The notes under the pieces are model-generated. The model had not been told where the DNA came from and did not search any database. It was given only the letters and a program-made list of their open reading frames with translations. From IMG/VR virus record IMGVR_UViG_3300029951_000019: a stretch of DNA of 20,000 bases; one strand, given 5' to 3'. Within the stretch, counting starts at the first letter, position 1. Each line of letters begins with the position of its first letter. Origin of the DNA: an uncultured virus (IMG/VR IMGVR_UViG_3300029951_000019) (taxonomy: Duplodnaviria > Heunggongvirae > Uroviricota > Caudoviricetes). The position numbers and the translations under genes are program-made. Positions 1 through 7,858 of the stretch are shown one piece after another.

Positions 1-498
1 GAAATCTGGAAGGCTGCACACGGCCCGATACCCGAGGGCTTCGATACCCATCATCGGGACCACGATCCAGACAACAACTCGATCGACAATCTCGTCTGTG
101 TGCCCAACGAGGTCCACCGCTCTCATCACGGGGATCAGCCGCGGAGCGATGCTCAGCGCACGGCATGGGCGGCTAACCAGCAGCTGGCCGCAGAATGGCA
201 CCGCAGCGACGAGGGGCGTGCCTGGCACTCCGAGAACGGAAGGCGAGCTTGGATCGGGCGCGAGCCGCGCACGCTGGCGTGCGCGCATTGCGGCGAGGTG
301 TTCGAAACTACCGACCGCAACGAATCGACGCGGTTTTGTTCTGGGAAGTGCCGCGCCTATGCCCGAAAGGCGAGCGGAATCGACGACGTGGACCGCACGT
401 GCGAGGGCTGCGGCGAGACGTTCCGCATCAATCGCTACGCCTCGACCCGAAATTGCTCCCGCGCATGTTCTTGGACTGTCCGACGCCGGACGGGCTGA
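1..498 (+). CDS. HNH endonuclease with C-terminal Cys zinc-finger repeats, nested out-of-frame inside the intein (5'-truncated)
   Basis: Frame +1 from nt 1 reads EIWKAAHGPIPEGFDTHHRDHDPDNNSIDNLVCVPNEVHRSHH (HNH core), then CAHC..FCSGKC and CEGC..NCSRAC; TGA at 496-498. Confidence 0.88.
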   Translation, partial: EIWKAAHGPIPEGFDTHHRDHDPDNNSIDNLVCVPNEVHRSHHGDQPRSDAQRTAWAANQQLAAEWHRSDEGRAWHSENGRRAWIGREPRTLACAHCGEVFETTDRNESTRFCSGKCRAYARKASGIDDVDRTCEGCGETFRINRYASTRNCSRACSWTVRRRTG

Positions 499-562
499 CG
501 TATACAACCTTTCCGTCGAAGACGTCGAGGAGTACTTCGCCAACGGCGTCCTGGTGCACAAC
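2..562 (+). mobile_element. Intein (C-terminal portion) inserted in TerL; splice junction Asn(560-562)/Cys(563-565)
   Basis: Blocks F/G: ADVYNLSVEDVEEYFANGVLVHN|C in frame +2. Confidence 0.93.
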
Positions 563-748
563 TGCCGCTACCTGATCATGTCGATCGGTGGTGAGTCCCG
601 CTGGCACTTCCCTGGCGAAGAGCCTGAGACAACCCACGTCGACCCGCAGGCCCAACCCGCGGTCACCGTTCCTCTCCCTCCGGCGCAGCTGCCGACGAGC
701 TTCGGCGGTTTCCCCGTCGCGACGGGGGGCGGTGGACCGTGGGGCTAG
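2..748 (+). CDS. terL: Terminase large subunit, 3' part (5'-truncated by the window), containing the C-terminal part of an intein
   Basis: Frame +2 is open from nt 2 to TAG 746-748. The intein end VHN is followed by CRYLIMS, matching the TerL C-terminal nuclease motif DH..DA(L/C)RY. It lies directly upstream of, and overlaps, the portal gene. Confidence 0.8.
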   Translation, partial: KSGRLHTARYPRASIPIIGTTIQTTTRSTISSVCPTRSTALITGISRGAMLSARHGRLTSSWPQNGTAATRGVPGTPRTEGELGSGASRARWRARIAARCSKLPTATNRRGFVLGSAAPMPERRAESTTWTARARAAARRSASIATPRPEIAPAHVLGLSDAGRADVYNLSVEDVEEYFANGVLVHNCRYLIMSIGGESRWHFPGEEPETTHVDPQAQPAVTVPLPPAQLPTSFGGFPVATGGGGPWG

Positions 749-2346
749 GAGCACGTATCCGCGATGCCTTCCGCCGGACCCCGGTAGCCGAGGCCGCCCC
801 GGCCGGTCCGTCGGCTTCGGCTGCGGCGGGCGCGCAGCGTATCGGCTACGAGTACGGCACGGCGCTCATGCCGACGACGTCGCGCACCGCGGCAGCGTAC
901 AGCCAGGAACGCCAGCAGGTCATGACGCAGCTGTACCAGGCGTACCTGACGTGCCCGTGGGTGGCCGCGCCGATCGATCTGATCGCACGCACGGTCACTG
1001 CGGGCGGCCTGCAGGTGGTGTCGGATGCGCTGTCGGACGACGGGACAGTGCCGCCGGACACGCCCGAGGTGACACGGCTGCGCCGCCTGATGCGGTATGT
1101 GAACCCGCGCCAGGACATGGTGCAGCTCCTGCGGTCCGCTGTGATCGACCTGAACTTGTTCGGGGACGCGTACATCGAGATCGTGACGCTGCTGGGCGAG
1201 CCGGTCGCGCTGTACACCCTGGACTCGACGACGATGACGGTCGTCGCGGACGCGCACGGCGAGGTCACCGGGTACATCCAGGTTGTGGACGGCCTGGGCG
1301 GCACGCGGACGGCCGAGTTCACTCCGGAGCAGGTCATCCACATCTCGCTGGACGCGCCGCGGGGTGGCTCCTACGGGGTGGGTCCGACGCAGAAGGCACT
1401 GCTGCCGGTGACGGCGTGGCTGTTCACCGAAGCGACGATCAAGGAGTGTTTCCGCCGGGGCGACCCGCCGCGGATCCACGTCGACCTCGGGCACCTGTCC
1501 GACACTGAGGTGCAGCGGTGGCGCGAGCAGTACATGGTCTTCAATCTGGGGCCGAAGGCGGTCGGCAACCCCACGATCACGACCGGCGACGGCAAGGTCG
1601 AGGTCCTGGACCCGCGCAAGGTCACCGACTACCTGGCCGCCAGCAAGCAACTGCGCGACGAGATCATCGCCACGTTTGGTGTCCCGCCGGGCAAGCTGGG
1701 GATCATCGAGTCCGGCAACCTGGGCGGCGGCACTGGGGAGTCTCAGGACAAAACGCTGCGAATCAACACCATCATCCCGGTGCAGTCCCTCGTCCTGGAG
1801 AAGATCAACTTTCATCTGCTGCAGCAGGGCTTCGGCATCGAGGACTGGCACCTCGAATTCCCCGAGATCGACTACCGCGACTCGACGACCGTTGAGAACA
1901 TCCGCGACACCCGCCTGCGCAACGGCTCCTACACCCTGAACCGCGTCCGCGACGAGATCGGCGAACCCCCCGTCGACGGCGGCGACGACCCGGTCCTGGT
2001 CGACCGCCAGAACCTCGTCAAGTGGTCCGACATGGACGCCATGTCCAAGGCCGGCATTGCCATGAAGCTCAAGGGCACCTCCCTGGAGCCCGACGCCCCG
2101 ACACCCGGCACCCCGGTGACGCTCAGCAAGCCGGATCCCGTTGAGCCGCCCGTTGTCCAGCCCGTCCCGTTCGACGCGTCGCCGCTCGGCCCCGAGGACG
2201 GCCCCGGCCTGGCCGGCGACCTGCCGCAAGGCACGGGGCCCCGCGAGAGCCTCGACGAGGAATGGCGGCGCACCTACCGGGCGCGCCGCACCCAGGCCCT
2301 CGCCGAACTCCCGCCTGCCCGCGAACTCGTAGGAGCAGGGAGGTGA
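739..2346 (+). CDS. Phage portal protein (535 aa)
   Basis: Follows terL. Portal-like motifs: YLTCPWVAAPIDLIARTV, DLNLFGDAYIEIV, EQVIHI, DEIIATFGVPPGKLG, TLNRVRDEIGEPP. Confidence 0.92.
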   Translation: MGLGARIRDAFRRTPVAEAAPAGPSASAAAGAQRIGYEYGTALMPTTSRTAAAYSQERQQVMTQLYQAYLTCPWVAAPIDLIARTVTAGGLQVVSDALSDDGTVPPDTPEVTRLRRLMRYVNPRQDMVQLLRSAVIDLNLFGDAYIEIVTLLGEPVALYTLDSTTMTVVADAHGEVTGYIQVVDGLGGTRTAEFTPEQVIHISLDAPRGGSYGVGPTQKALLPVTAWLFTEATIKECFRRGDPPRIHVDLGHLSDTEVQRWREQYMVFNLGPKAVGNPTITTGDGKVEVLDPRKVTDYLAASKQLRDEIIATFGVPPGKLGIIESGNLGGGTGESQDKTLRINTIIPVQSLVLEKINFHLLQQGFGIEDWHLEFPEIDYRDSTTVENIRDTRLRNGSYTLNRVRDEIGEPPVDGGDDPVLVDRQNLVKWSDMDAMSKAGIAMKLKGTSLEPDAPTPGTPVTLSKPDPVEPPVVQPVPFDASPLGPEDGPGLAGDLPQGTGPRESLDEEWRRTYRARRTQALAELPPARELVGAGR

Positions 2347-2348
2347 CC

Positions 2349-2414
2349 ATGCCTACCGGACATCCCACCAGGGCGCAGGACGTGCTTCCCCTGATCCAGA
2401 AGGAGATCGGCTGA
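2349..2414 (+). CDS. Putative 21-aa micro-protein MPTGHPTRAQDVLPLIQKEIG
   Basis: ATG 2 nt after the portal stop, preceded by the strong SD GGAGGT, with mostly GC3-rich codons. Too short for the ORF track. Confidence 0.45.
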   Translation: MPTGHPTRAQDVLPLIQKEIG

Positions 2415-2422
2415 CCGGGCCC

Positions 2423-3013
2423 CTACAGGCCGAGCAGCCGGGCCTTCGCCGCAGCGAACTCCTCGGGCGACAGTACGCCCGACGCGGCCAGCTGCTGCAG
2501 CTTTCCGAGCTCATCCGCGACAGAGCCGACACCAGGCTGAGCAACTGGCTGCTGGAACCGCGCCCGGATGCCGCGGGCTTGTAGCAGGTCGTTGAACTCG
2601 GCGGCACGCTTGGCCTGGGTGGTGATGTTGAAGCCGGTGAGCATCTCCAGGCGGAGCACGATCGCGGCACCGGTGTCGTCGGTGTAGTGGATGTGGATGT
2701 TGTTGTTCTGTTCCAGGCCGCGTGTCCCGTTGCGGGAGCCCGCCGACAGGAGTGCCTCGGCGCCGGTGACCTGCCGGCGGACGATCTGCACGTCGCTGAT
2801 CGCGGCGTAGGGGATCCTGAGCGGCGGCCAGAACTTCTTGCTGCCGATGGTGGGGCTGAGGCCGAAGCGGTCGTCCCAGGTCCGCAGGATAATCTCGCCG
2901 ACCTTCGCCTTCGGTAGCGCGGCGAGGCCGCCCCGGTAGCTGACCTTGTACTCGGCGATCGGCACCGGCGCCCCGTCGACCGGCGTCGGCTTGCTGCTCT
3001 TGAACAGTCCCAT
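2423..3013 (-). CDS. SHOCT-domain protein (196 aa), antisense accessory gene (moron)
   Basis: ATG at 3013 with GGGGGA SD. C-terminal ADELGKLQQLAASGVLSPEEFAAAKARLL is a typical SHOCT motif; the N-terminal region is beta-rich, possibly PH-like. Confidence 0.8.
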   Translation of the reverse strand: MGLFKSSKPTPVDGAPVPIAEYKVSYRGGLAALPKAKVGEIILRTWDDRFGLSPTIGSKKFWPPLRIPYAAISDVQIVRRQVTGAEALLSAGSRNGTRGLEQNNNIHIHYTDDTGAAIVLRLEMLTGFNITTQAKRAAEFNDLLQARGIRARFQQPVAQPGVGSVADELGKLQQLAASGVLSPEEFAAAKARLLGL

Positions 3014-3175
3014 GGTGTCCCCCTGGGGTTCGGTGGGCGGCCAGCTTCGCAGCGCCACATGATCCACCGTCAGCACGTTACGCAACGGTGACGCACGGTT
3101 CGATATCCGCGCGCGCCGATGGACGGCGGCGCCCTTCACGACCGGCCACCCGGCAAATCCCACGAGCGGAGCATC

Positions 3176-3919
3176 ATGGCCCAGGCAGGCGAGCAGGAAC
3201 CCGTCGTCACCGGACGCGTCAACACCGACATCACCGTTGACCACCTGACCGTCAACCGGGGCGCGAACCTGACCAATCAGACCACTGCCCCCGCGACCCC
3301 GTCCGGTGGTGCTGTCGTCTACTCCCAGTACGGCGTCGCCGTGTTCATGGACACCTCCGGCAATGTCACCTCGCTGAAGAACCCGGACCCGACGGCCGCG
3401 GACTCCGGTCTGATCGCCTGGTCCTTCGACCCGGCCGCAGCGGCATCGACGTTCCTGACCACCGCGGGGGTCGTGTACCTCTCGAAGGTCATCGTGACGC
3501 AGCAGCAGACCCTCACCAACGGACTCGTCGAGGTATCTACGGCAGGTGGCACACTGACCGCGTCCGAGAACTACCTGGCGCTGTTCAACTCGACCGGCAC
3601 GCAGATCGCGATCTCGGCTGACCAGAGCACGGCCTTCGCCAGCGCTGGCCTGATCACCGCTGCCTGGGCGAGCCCCGTAGTGAGCGCCGCCCCGGGTGCC
3701 TACTACGTTGGGGTGCTGTGCAACGGCGGCACCGCGATCACCCTGGCCTCAGGGTCGGCGCTCAAGCCCGGCGGCGTCTCGATCGGCAACGCCGGCCTGG
3801 CCACGGCGACGGGCCGGTTCCTGTCCTCGGGTACGTCGCAGACGGCGATGCCGCAGTCGGTGACGCTGGGCTCGGCGTCGGGCAACCTCGCCGCGACGAT
3901 CTGGGCAGCGATCAGCTAG
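3176..3919 (+). CDS. Ser/Thr/Ala/Gly-rich beta-sandwich protein, putative virion fibre or decoration protein (247 aa)
   Basis: ATG 3176 with GGAG SD and host-like codon use. GLIAWSFDPA...AGVVYL...GAYYVGVLCNG resembles C-terminal domains of actinophage minor tail or fibre proteins. Confidence 0.6.
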   Translation: MAQAGEQEPVVTGRVNTDITVDHLTVNRGANLTNQTTAPATPSGGAVVYSQYGVAVFMDTSGNVTSLKNPDPTAADSGLIAWSFDPAAAASTFLTTAGVVYLSKVIVTQQQTLTNGLVEVSTAGGTLTASENYLALFNSTGTQIAISADQSTAFASAGLITAAWASPVVSAAPGAYYVGVLCNGGTAITLASGSALKPGGVSIGNAGLATATGRFLSSGTSQTAMPQSVTLGSASGNLAATIWAAIS

Positions 3920-3988
3920 GGCCACCTGCGGGGCAGATGGCGACTTCAACTCCGCAGGTCTCGCTCAACGCACGGCGGGGGGCGATGG

Positions 3989-5452
3989 GTGAACGGCAGC
4001 ATGATCGCCCTGTATCCGCCGCTTGACCTCGCCGAGCAGCTTGCCGTCCCTGGCGGCATCTTGCCCGAGTCCATGCATTGCACGATTGCCTACACGGGCC
4101 CGGCGGTCGGCGTCGACCGGGACACGCTGCGCAAGGTCGCGGCGAGCCTCGCCGACCGGCCACCGATCCAGGCAAGCATCTCCGGCCATGCCCGGTTCAC
4201 CGGCGGCGAACTGGATGTCATCGTTGCCCTCGTCGACGGGCCCGGAATCGAGGACCTGCGCCGCGACACCCTTGATGTACTCGCCGCGCACGGCATAGAC
4301 GTCCCGCGCGAGCACGGCCACACCGCGCACATCTCGATCGCATTCATCGACCCGGACGCCGAGTCGCCCATCGACCGCATCCCGTGCACGCCCGTCCTGT
4401 TCACCACGGTCAACGCCGTCCACGCAGGCGACCGCACCGGCTACACCCTCGCCAGTGAGACCGCCAGCAGTCTGCGCGAGGACGCCCGGACCGCATTCGC
4501 CACGGGCTGGGCCAGCGTCCGCGACGCCCCGATGACCGACGAGGTCCGCGCAGCCTCGATCGCCGCAGTCGAATGGGCGTGCGGGCATCCCGATGCCCCG
4601 GCCGTCCTCGAAGCCACCATCAAGATCGGGCAGCTTGAAGGGACCTGGGCGCTGATCTACCAGCGCCGCGAGAAGCGCGAGAAGCAGCACCAGGCCGCAG
4701 TCCTCGCCGCCTGGGCCAAGTGCCTGCAACTCATCTCCCTCGACGAACTCGTCGGAAGCTTCCACGCCCAAGCACCCAATCTGCCCGACCAGTCGCCGCA
4801 GGCCATCAGGATGCAGGCCCTCGCCATCGCACGCCAAGCATTCATTGGCGCCAACATGGCCGACCCCGCCTACCAGAAGTTCCTCGACAGCATCACCACT
4901 GCGCTGGGTGATGCCCAGGCTGAAGGTGCAGCGGCAGGGCGTGCCATCAGCGGCAGCAAGCACGACATGGCCGCCGCCTACGACTCAGCCCGCGACGACA
5001 TCAGCGACCTCACGACCTGGGGGCAGGCACCACCCGTCGCAGCGAAAATCATGTCCGGCGCGGCTTCGACACTCGCGCGACTCCTCGCCAAGGGCTTCGC
5101 CGCGAAGCTGACCCTCGCAGCGCTCCTCGCCGCCGTCCGCGCCGCACTCACCGGCGACGGCGCCACCCCGGTCACCGCCCCCCTCGACATGGCCATGGGC
5201 CAGGCATGGAGCAGCGGCGCGGTCGGCACATTCACTGACGGCGGCGTCACCATGCTCAACTACTGGACCGCCGGCGGCAACAACGTCTGCGCGGCCTGCC
5301 AGGACGCCGAGAGCGGCAGCCCGTACGCCATCGCCGACGCGCCCGTGCCGCCGCTTCACCCGAACTGTCGCTGTGTGCTTTCGCCGGCGGATGCCGATGT
5401 CCCCGGCGCTCCCCCGCCGTCAACCGCGATCCCCGACGAAGGCGAGGAGTAG
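3989..5452 (+). CDS. 2H phosphoesterase (2'-5' RNA ligase/Acb1-like) fused to a MuF-like head morphogenesis protein (487 aa)
   Basis: Two 2H motifs, HCT (4076-4084) and HIS (4328-4336). C-terminal MuF motifs NNVCAAC and PPLHPNCRC (HPNCRC at 5357-5374). Located between portal and protease. Confidence 0.82.
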   Translation: MNGSMIALYPPLDLAEQLAVPGGILPESMHCTIAYTGPAVGVDRDTLRKVAASLADRPPIQASISGHARFTGGELDVIVALVDGPGIEDLRRDTLDVLAAHGIDVPREHGHTAHISIAFIDPDAESPIDRIPCTPVLFTTVNAVHAGDRTGYTLASETASSLREDARTAFATGWASVRDAPMTDEVRAASIAAVEWACGHPDAPAVLEATIKIGQLEGTWALIYQRREKREKQHQAAVLAAWAKCLQLISLDELVGSFHAQAPNLPDQSPQAIRMQALAIARQAFIGANMADPAYQKFLDSITTALGDAQAEGAAAGRAISGSKHDMAAAYDSARDDISDLTTWGQAPPVAAKIMSGAASTLARLLAKGFAAKLTLAALLAAVRAALTGDGATPVTAPLDMAMGQAWSSGAVGTFTDGGVTMLNYWTAGGNNVCAACQDAESGSPYAIADAPVPPLHPNCRCVLSPADADVPGAPPPSTAIPDEGEE

Positions 5453-5454
5453 CT

Positions 5455-5826
5455 GTGGCGATCTATCCGTACGGCCGCAAGGTCTGGTCCCTGGACGGCG
5501 CCTCCCTCATTGGGGCGTCCAGCACCTCCTCCGTGGTTCTGGACATCCACGACGTCACCGACCTGTGGCTCGCCGCCTTCGTCGCGAACGCCCCCAGCGG
5601 CACGACCCCGACACTCACCGTCCAGGTCGACCTCCTCGACCAGGACGCCAACGTCTACCCTGCCGCCCTGGCACTGACCGCGCTCACGGCAGCTGGCCAT
5701 CAGTCCGGGTCCTGCGGCCTGCACACCTCGAACCTGGTCCTGCCGATGCTGTGCCAGGTCACGTGGACGCTCGGCGGCACCACCCCCGCGTTCACTGGTG
5801 TGACGCTCAGCCTGTACGGCAGGTGA
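5455..5826 (+). CDS. Hypothetical beta-rich virion-module protein (123 aa)
   Basis: GTG 2 nt after the upstream stop, GAGGAG SD, GC3-rich codons. Confidence 0.7.
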   Translation: MAIYPYGRKVWSLDGASLIGASSTSSVVLDIHDVTDLWLAAFVANAPSGTTPTLTVQVDLLDQDANVYPAALALTALTAAGHQSGSCGLHTSNLVLPMLCQVTWTLGGTTPAFTGVTLSLYGR

Positions 5827-6044
5827 CCGTGTACATGCGACCGGCCAGGGCGCCGGGACGGCACCACGACGAAGCCACCGCTGAGGTCGAGTTCCGCGAC
5901 TGGCTGATCACCGCCATCGACGAGGATTCGCGTGTCCGCGAGGCGATCCTGCGGCTGTTCGCCGCCGACCGGGCCCGCAAGAAGCCCGCACCTCCCCCTG
6001 CAGCCACGGCGCGCGCCGCCCGGACCCGCCGAGGAGGTAGCTGA
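5823..6044 (+). CDS. Hypothetical protein (~73 aa) with a basic C-terminus
   Basis: GTGA overlap with the upstream stop (alternative ATG at 5835) and TGATG overlap with the downstream gene. Core EVEFRDWLITAIDEDSRVREAILRLF looks helical. Confidence 0.6.
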   Translation: MTVYMRPARAPGRHHDEATAEVEFRDWLITAIDEDSRVREAILRLFAADRARKKPAPPPAATARAARTRRGGS

Positions 6045-7855
6045 TGGCCGCCGCTGCGCTCAAGCCATTCACCGGCACATTCCTGTACCCAGGCGTCAGC
6101 CTCAACCGGTGTCTGTACACCAAGGAGCTGATCGGTAAGGCCGTCGCTCGGATGCAGGAGCGCATCGCAGATCCCGACGCCCTACCGATTGTGATGCGTA
6201 CACATCACAGCGCCGGTGATAATTCCCAGCTCATCGTGGGTCGGGTCGTCAGAGTCCAGCAAGCACCCGATGGCTCCGCCCGCTTCGAAGCCCGCTGGTA
6301 CGACACCGCGCCAGCCCGGGACATCGCGGCGCTCGTGCAGCCAGCCGACGGCGGGCCGCCCGGCCTCAAGAGCGTCAGCATCCACGGCTACTTCCTCGGC
6401 GAGACCAAGAGCGTCGAAGTCAACGGCCAGATGGCCACCACCGCCGACGACTTGGAAGTCGACGCCGTCGACATGACGGCAACGCCCGGAGTCGTCCAGG
6501 CGCTCATCGACTCCCCCGGCGGATCGCCGCCGACCGAATCCGCGCCGGCCACCGCCGGGCGTACCCCTATCGCCGAAACCTGGGAGGTCCCCGTGGCCAC
6601 CGTCATCACCGAAGAGGCGGCCACGCCGGTCCCCGAGGCCGCACCGCAGTCCAGCGGGCCGTTCGCCGACCCGGGCTACCAGAAGGACAAGCAGAAGCGG
6701 TACGACCTCTCGACGAAGATCAAGGCCAAGGCGGCGTGGAGCTACATCCACCAGGCCGACAATGCGCGCCTGTACACGTCGAAGCAGCTCAAGAACATCA
6801 AGGCCAAGATTCGAAAGGCCCTCCAGGGCTTCGGCGTGATGGTGTCTGCCGAGAACTGGCTCATCGAAACCGTCGCTCCAGTCTCCGAATCCCTCGCCGA
6901 ATGCTGGGCCATGGACCAGTCCGGCGGCGACATCTACATCTCGCTGACGAACGGGCCGACGACCGTCAGCGTCACCTCGCGCCTCATCGACGCCCACGAC
7001 CTCCAGGCGGTCGGCGCCGCCGCCATGGCCGGCGCCTGCGACGCACTAACCGCCCTGGACCCGGACCTCGACGACGACATCGACGTCGAAGGCGCACCGG
7101 CCGAAGACATCGACCGGGGCCTCGGCGACGCCGACGAACCCGAAGACGAGGAGGACCCCGACATGGCTGACGAACCCCAGCCCGGCTCCGGCTGCCCGTG
7201 CGGCTGCGGCTGCTCCGTCCCGCACCAGATGGCAGGCGGCCCCGGCTGCCCGTGCCCGTGCAACGACTGCGGCACCTGCAACTCGACGCAGGCGTCCGCG
7301 GACGAGACCGCACCCGCAGTCGCCCCCCAGCTTTCGACGCCGGACCCGGTTGTCGAACCCGTCCCCACAGTGAAGGAGTCCGCCGTGACCGACGTCGTCA
7401 CCCCGGCCGCCGAGACGGCGGCTCCCGCCACCCCGGCACCCACCACCGCCCAGTCCGTCGCGCCGCTGATGGTCGGCCTCACTCAGGAGCAGTTCGCGCA
7501 GCTCCTGCAGCACGTCGCACCGGCCGCACCGGTCGCCGAGGCTGCACCGGTCGCAGCGCCGGCCACCCCTGTCGCGCCGGTCGCCCCCGCTGTCGTGGCG
7601 CAGGAGGCCGCGGCTCCGGTCACCGCACCGGCCCCGACCGAGGAGACCTACACCAAGGCGCAGGTCGACGAGGCCATCAATGCGGCGATGAAGGACGCCA
7701 TTCCGCAGCTCCTCAAGGCCTACGGTCTGCCGCCGCGCGCCGGGCACCGCACCACCGAGACCGACAGCCCCGACGCCAAGCCCAAGACCGGCGCCGAGAT
7801 GTGGGACGACCGCGCCGACCACCTTCTCGGCGACTTCGGGAAGATCGGCGTCTGA
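6044..7855 (+). CDS. Prohead protease / scaffold polyprotein (603 aa) with a DUF6582-like domain and a Cys-rich insert
   Basis: N-terminal protease-like motifs (GVSLNRCLY, MRTHH, GLKSVSIHG, AVDMTATPGV), then FADPGYQKDKQKRY..AAWSYI, then a Pro/Ala linker and helical C-terminus. Upstream of the major capsid gene; GGAGG SD. Confidence 0.75.
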   Translation: MAAAALKPFTGTFLYPGVSLNRCLYTKELIGKAVARMQERIADPDALPIVMRTHHSAGDNSQLIVGRVVRVQQAPDGSARFEARWYDTAPARDIAALVQPADGGPPGLKSVSIHGYFLGETKSVEVNGQMATTADDLEVDAVDMTATPGVVQALIDSPGGSPPTESAPATAGRTPIAETWEVPVATVITEEAATPVPEAAPQSSGPFADPGYQKDKQKRYDLSTKIKAKAAWSYIHQADNARLYTSKQLKNIKAKIRKALQGFGVMVSAENWLIETVAPVSESLAECWAMDQSGGDIYISLTNGPTTVSVTSRLIDAHDLQAVGAAAMAGACDALTALDPDLDDDIDVEGAPAEDIDRGLGDADEPEDEEDPDMADEPQPGSGCPCGCGCSVPHQMAGGPGCPCPCNDCGTCNSTQASADETAPAVAPQLSTPDPVVEPVPTVKESAVTDVVTPAAETAAPATPAPTTAQSVAPLMVGLTQEQFAQLLQHVAPAAPVAEAAPVAAPATPVAPVAPAVVAQEAAAPVTAPAPTEETYTKAQVDEAINAAMKDAIPQLLKAYGLPPRAGHRTTETDSPDAKPKTGAEMWDDRADHLLGDFGKIGV

Positions 7856-7858
7856 CAG

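Noticed and set aside
98..100. ORF-track starts at 98 and 100
   Set aside because: Both frames are open to the window edge, so the true starts lie upstream.
3055..3090. Possible sigma70-type promoter for the SHOCT gene (TTGCGT..GATCAT on the minus strand)
   Set aside because: Poor -10 match and spacing; cannot be supported from sequence alone.
3014..3244. Longer 273-aa start for the SHOCT gene and the 3119 start for the fibre-like gene
   Set aside because: They would overlap head-to-head; better SD-linked starts exist at 3013 (-) and 3176 (+).
7400..7640. GCACCGG/GCCCCG-type short repeats, a possible array
   Set aside because: They encode the Pro/Ala/Val scaffold linker; there is no repeat-spacer periodicity, so this is not CRISPR.
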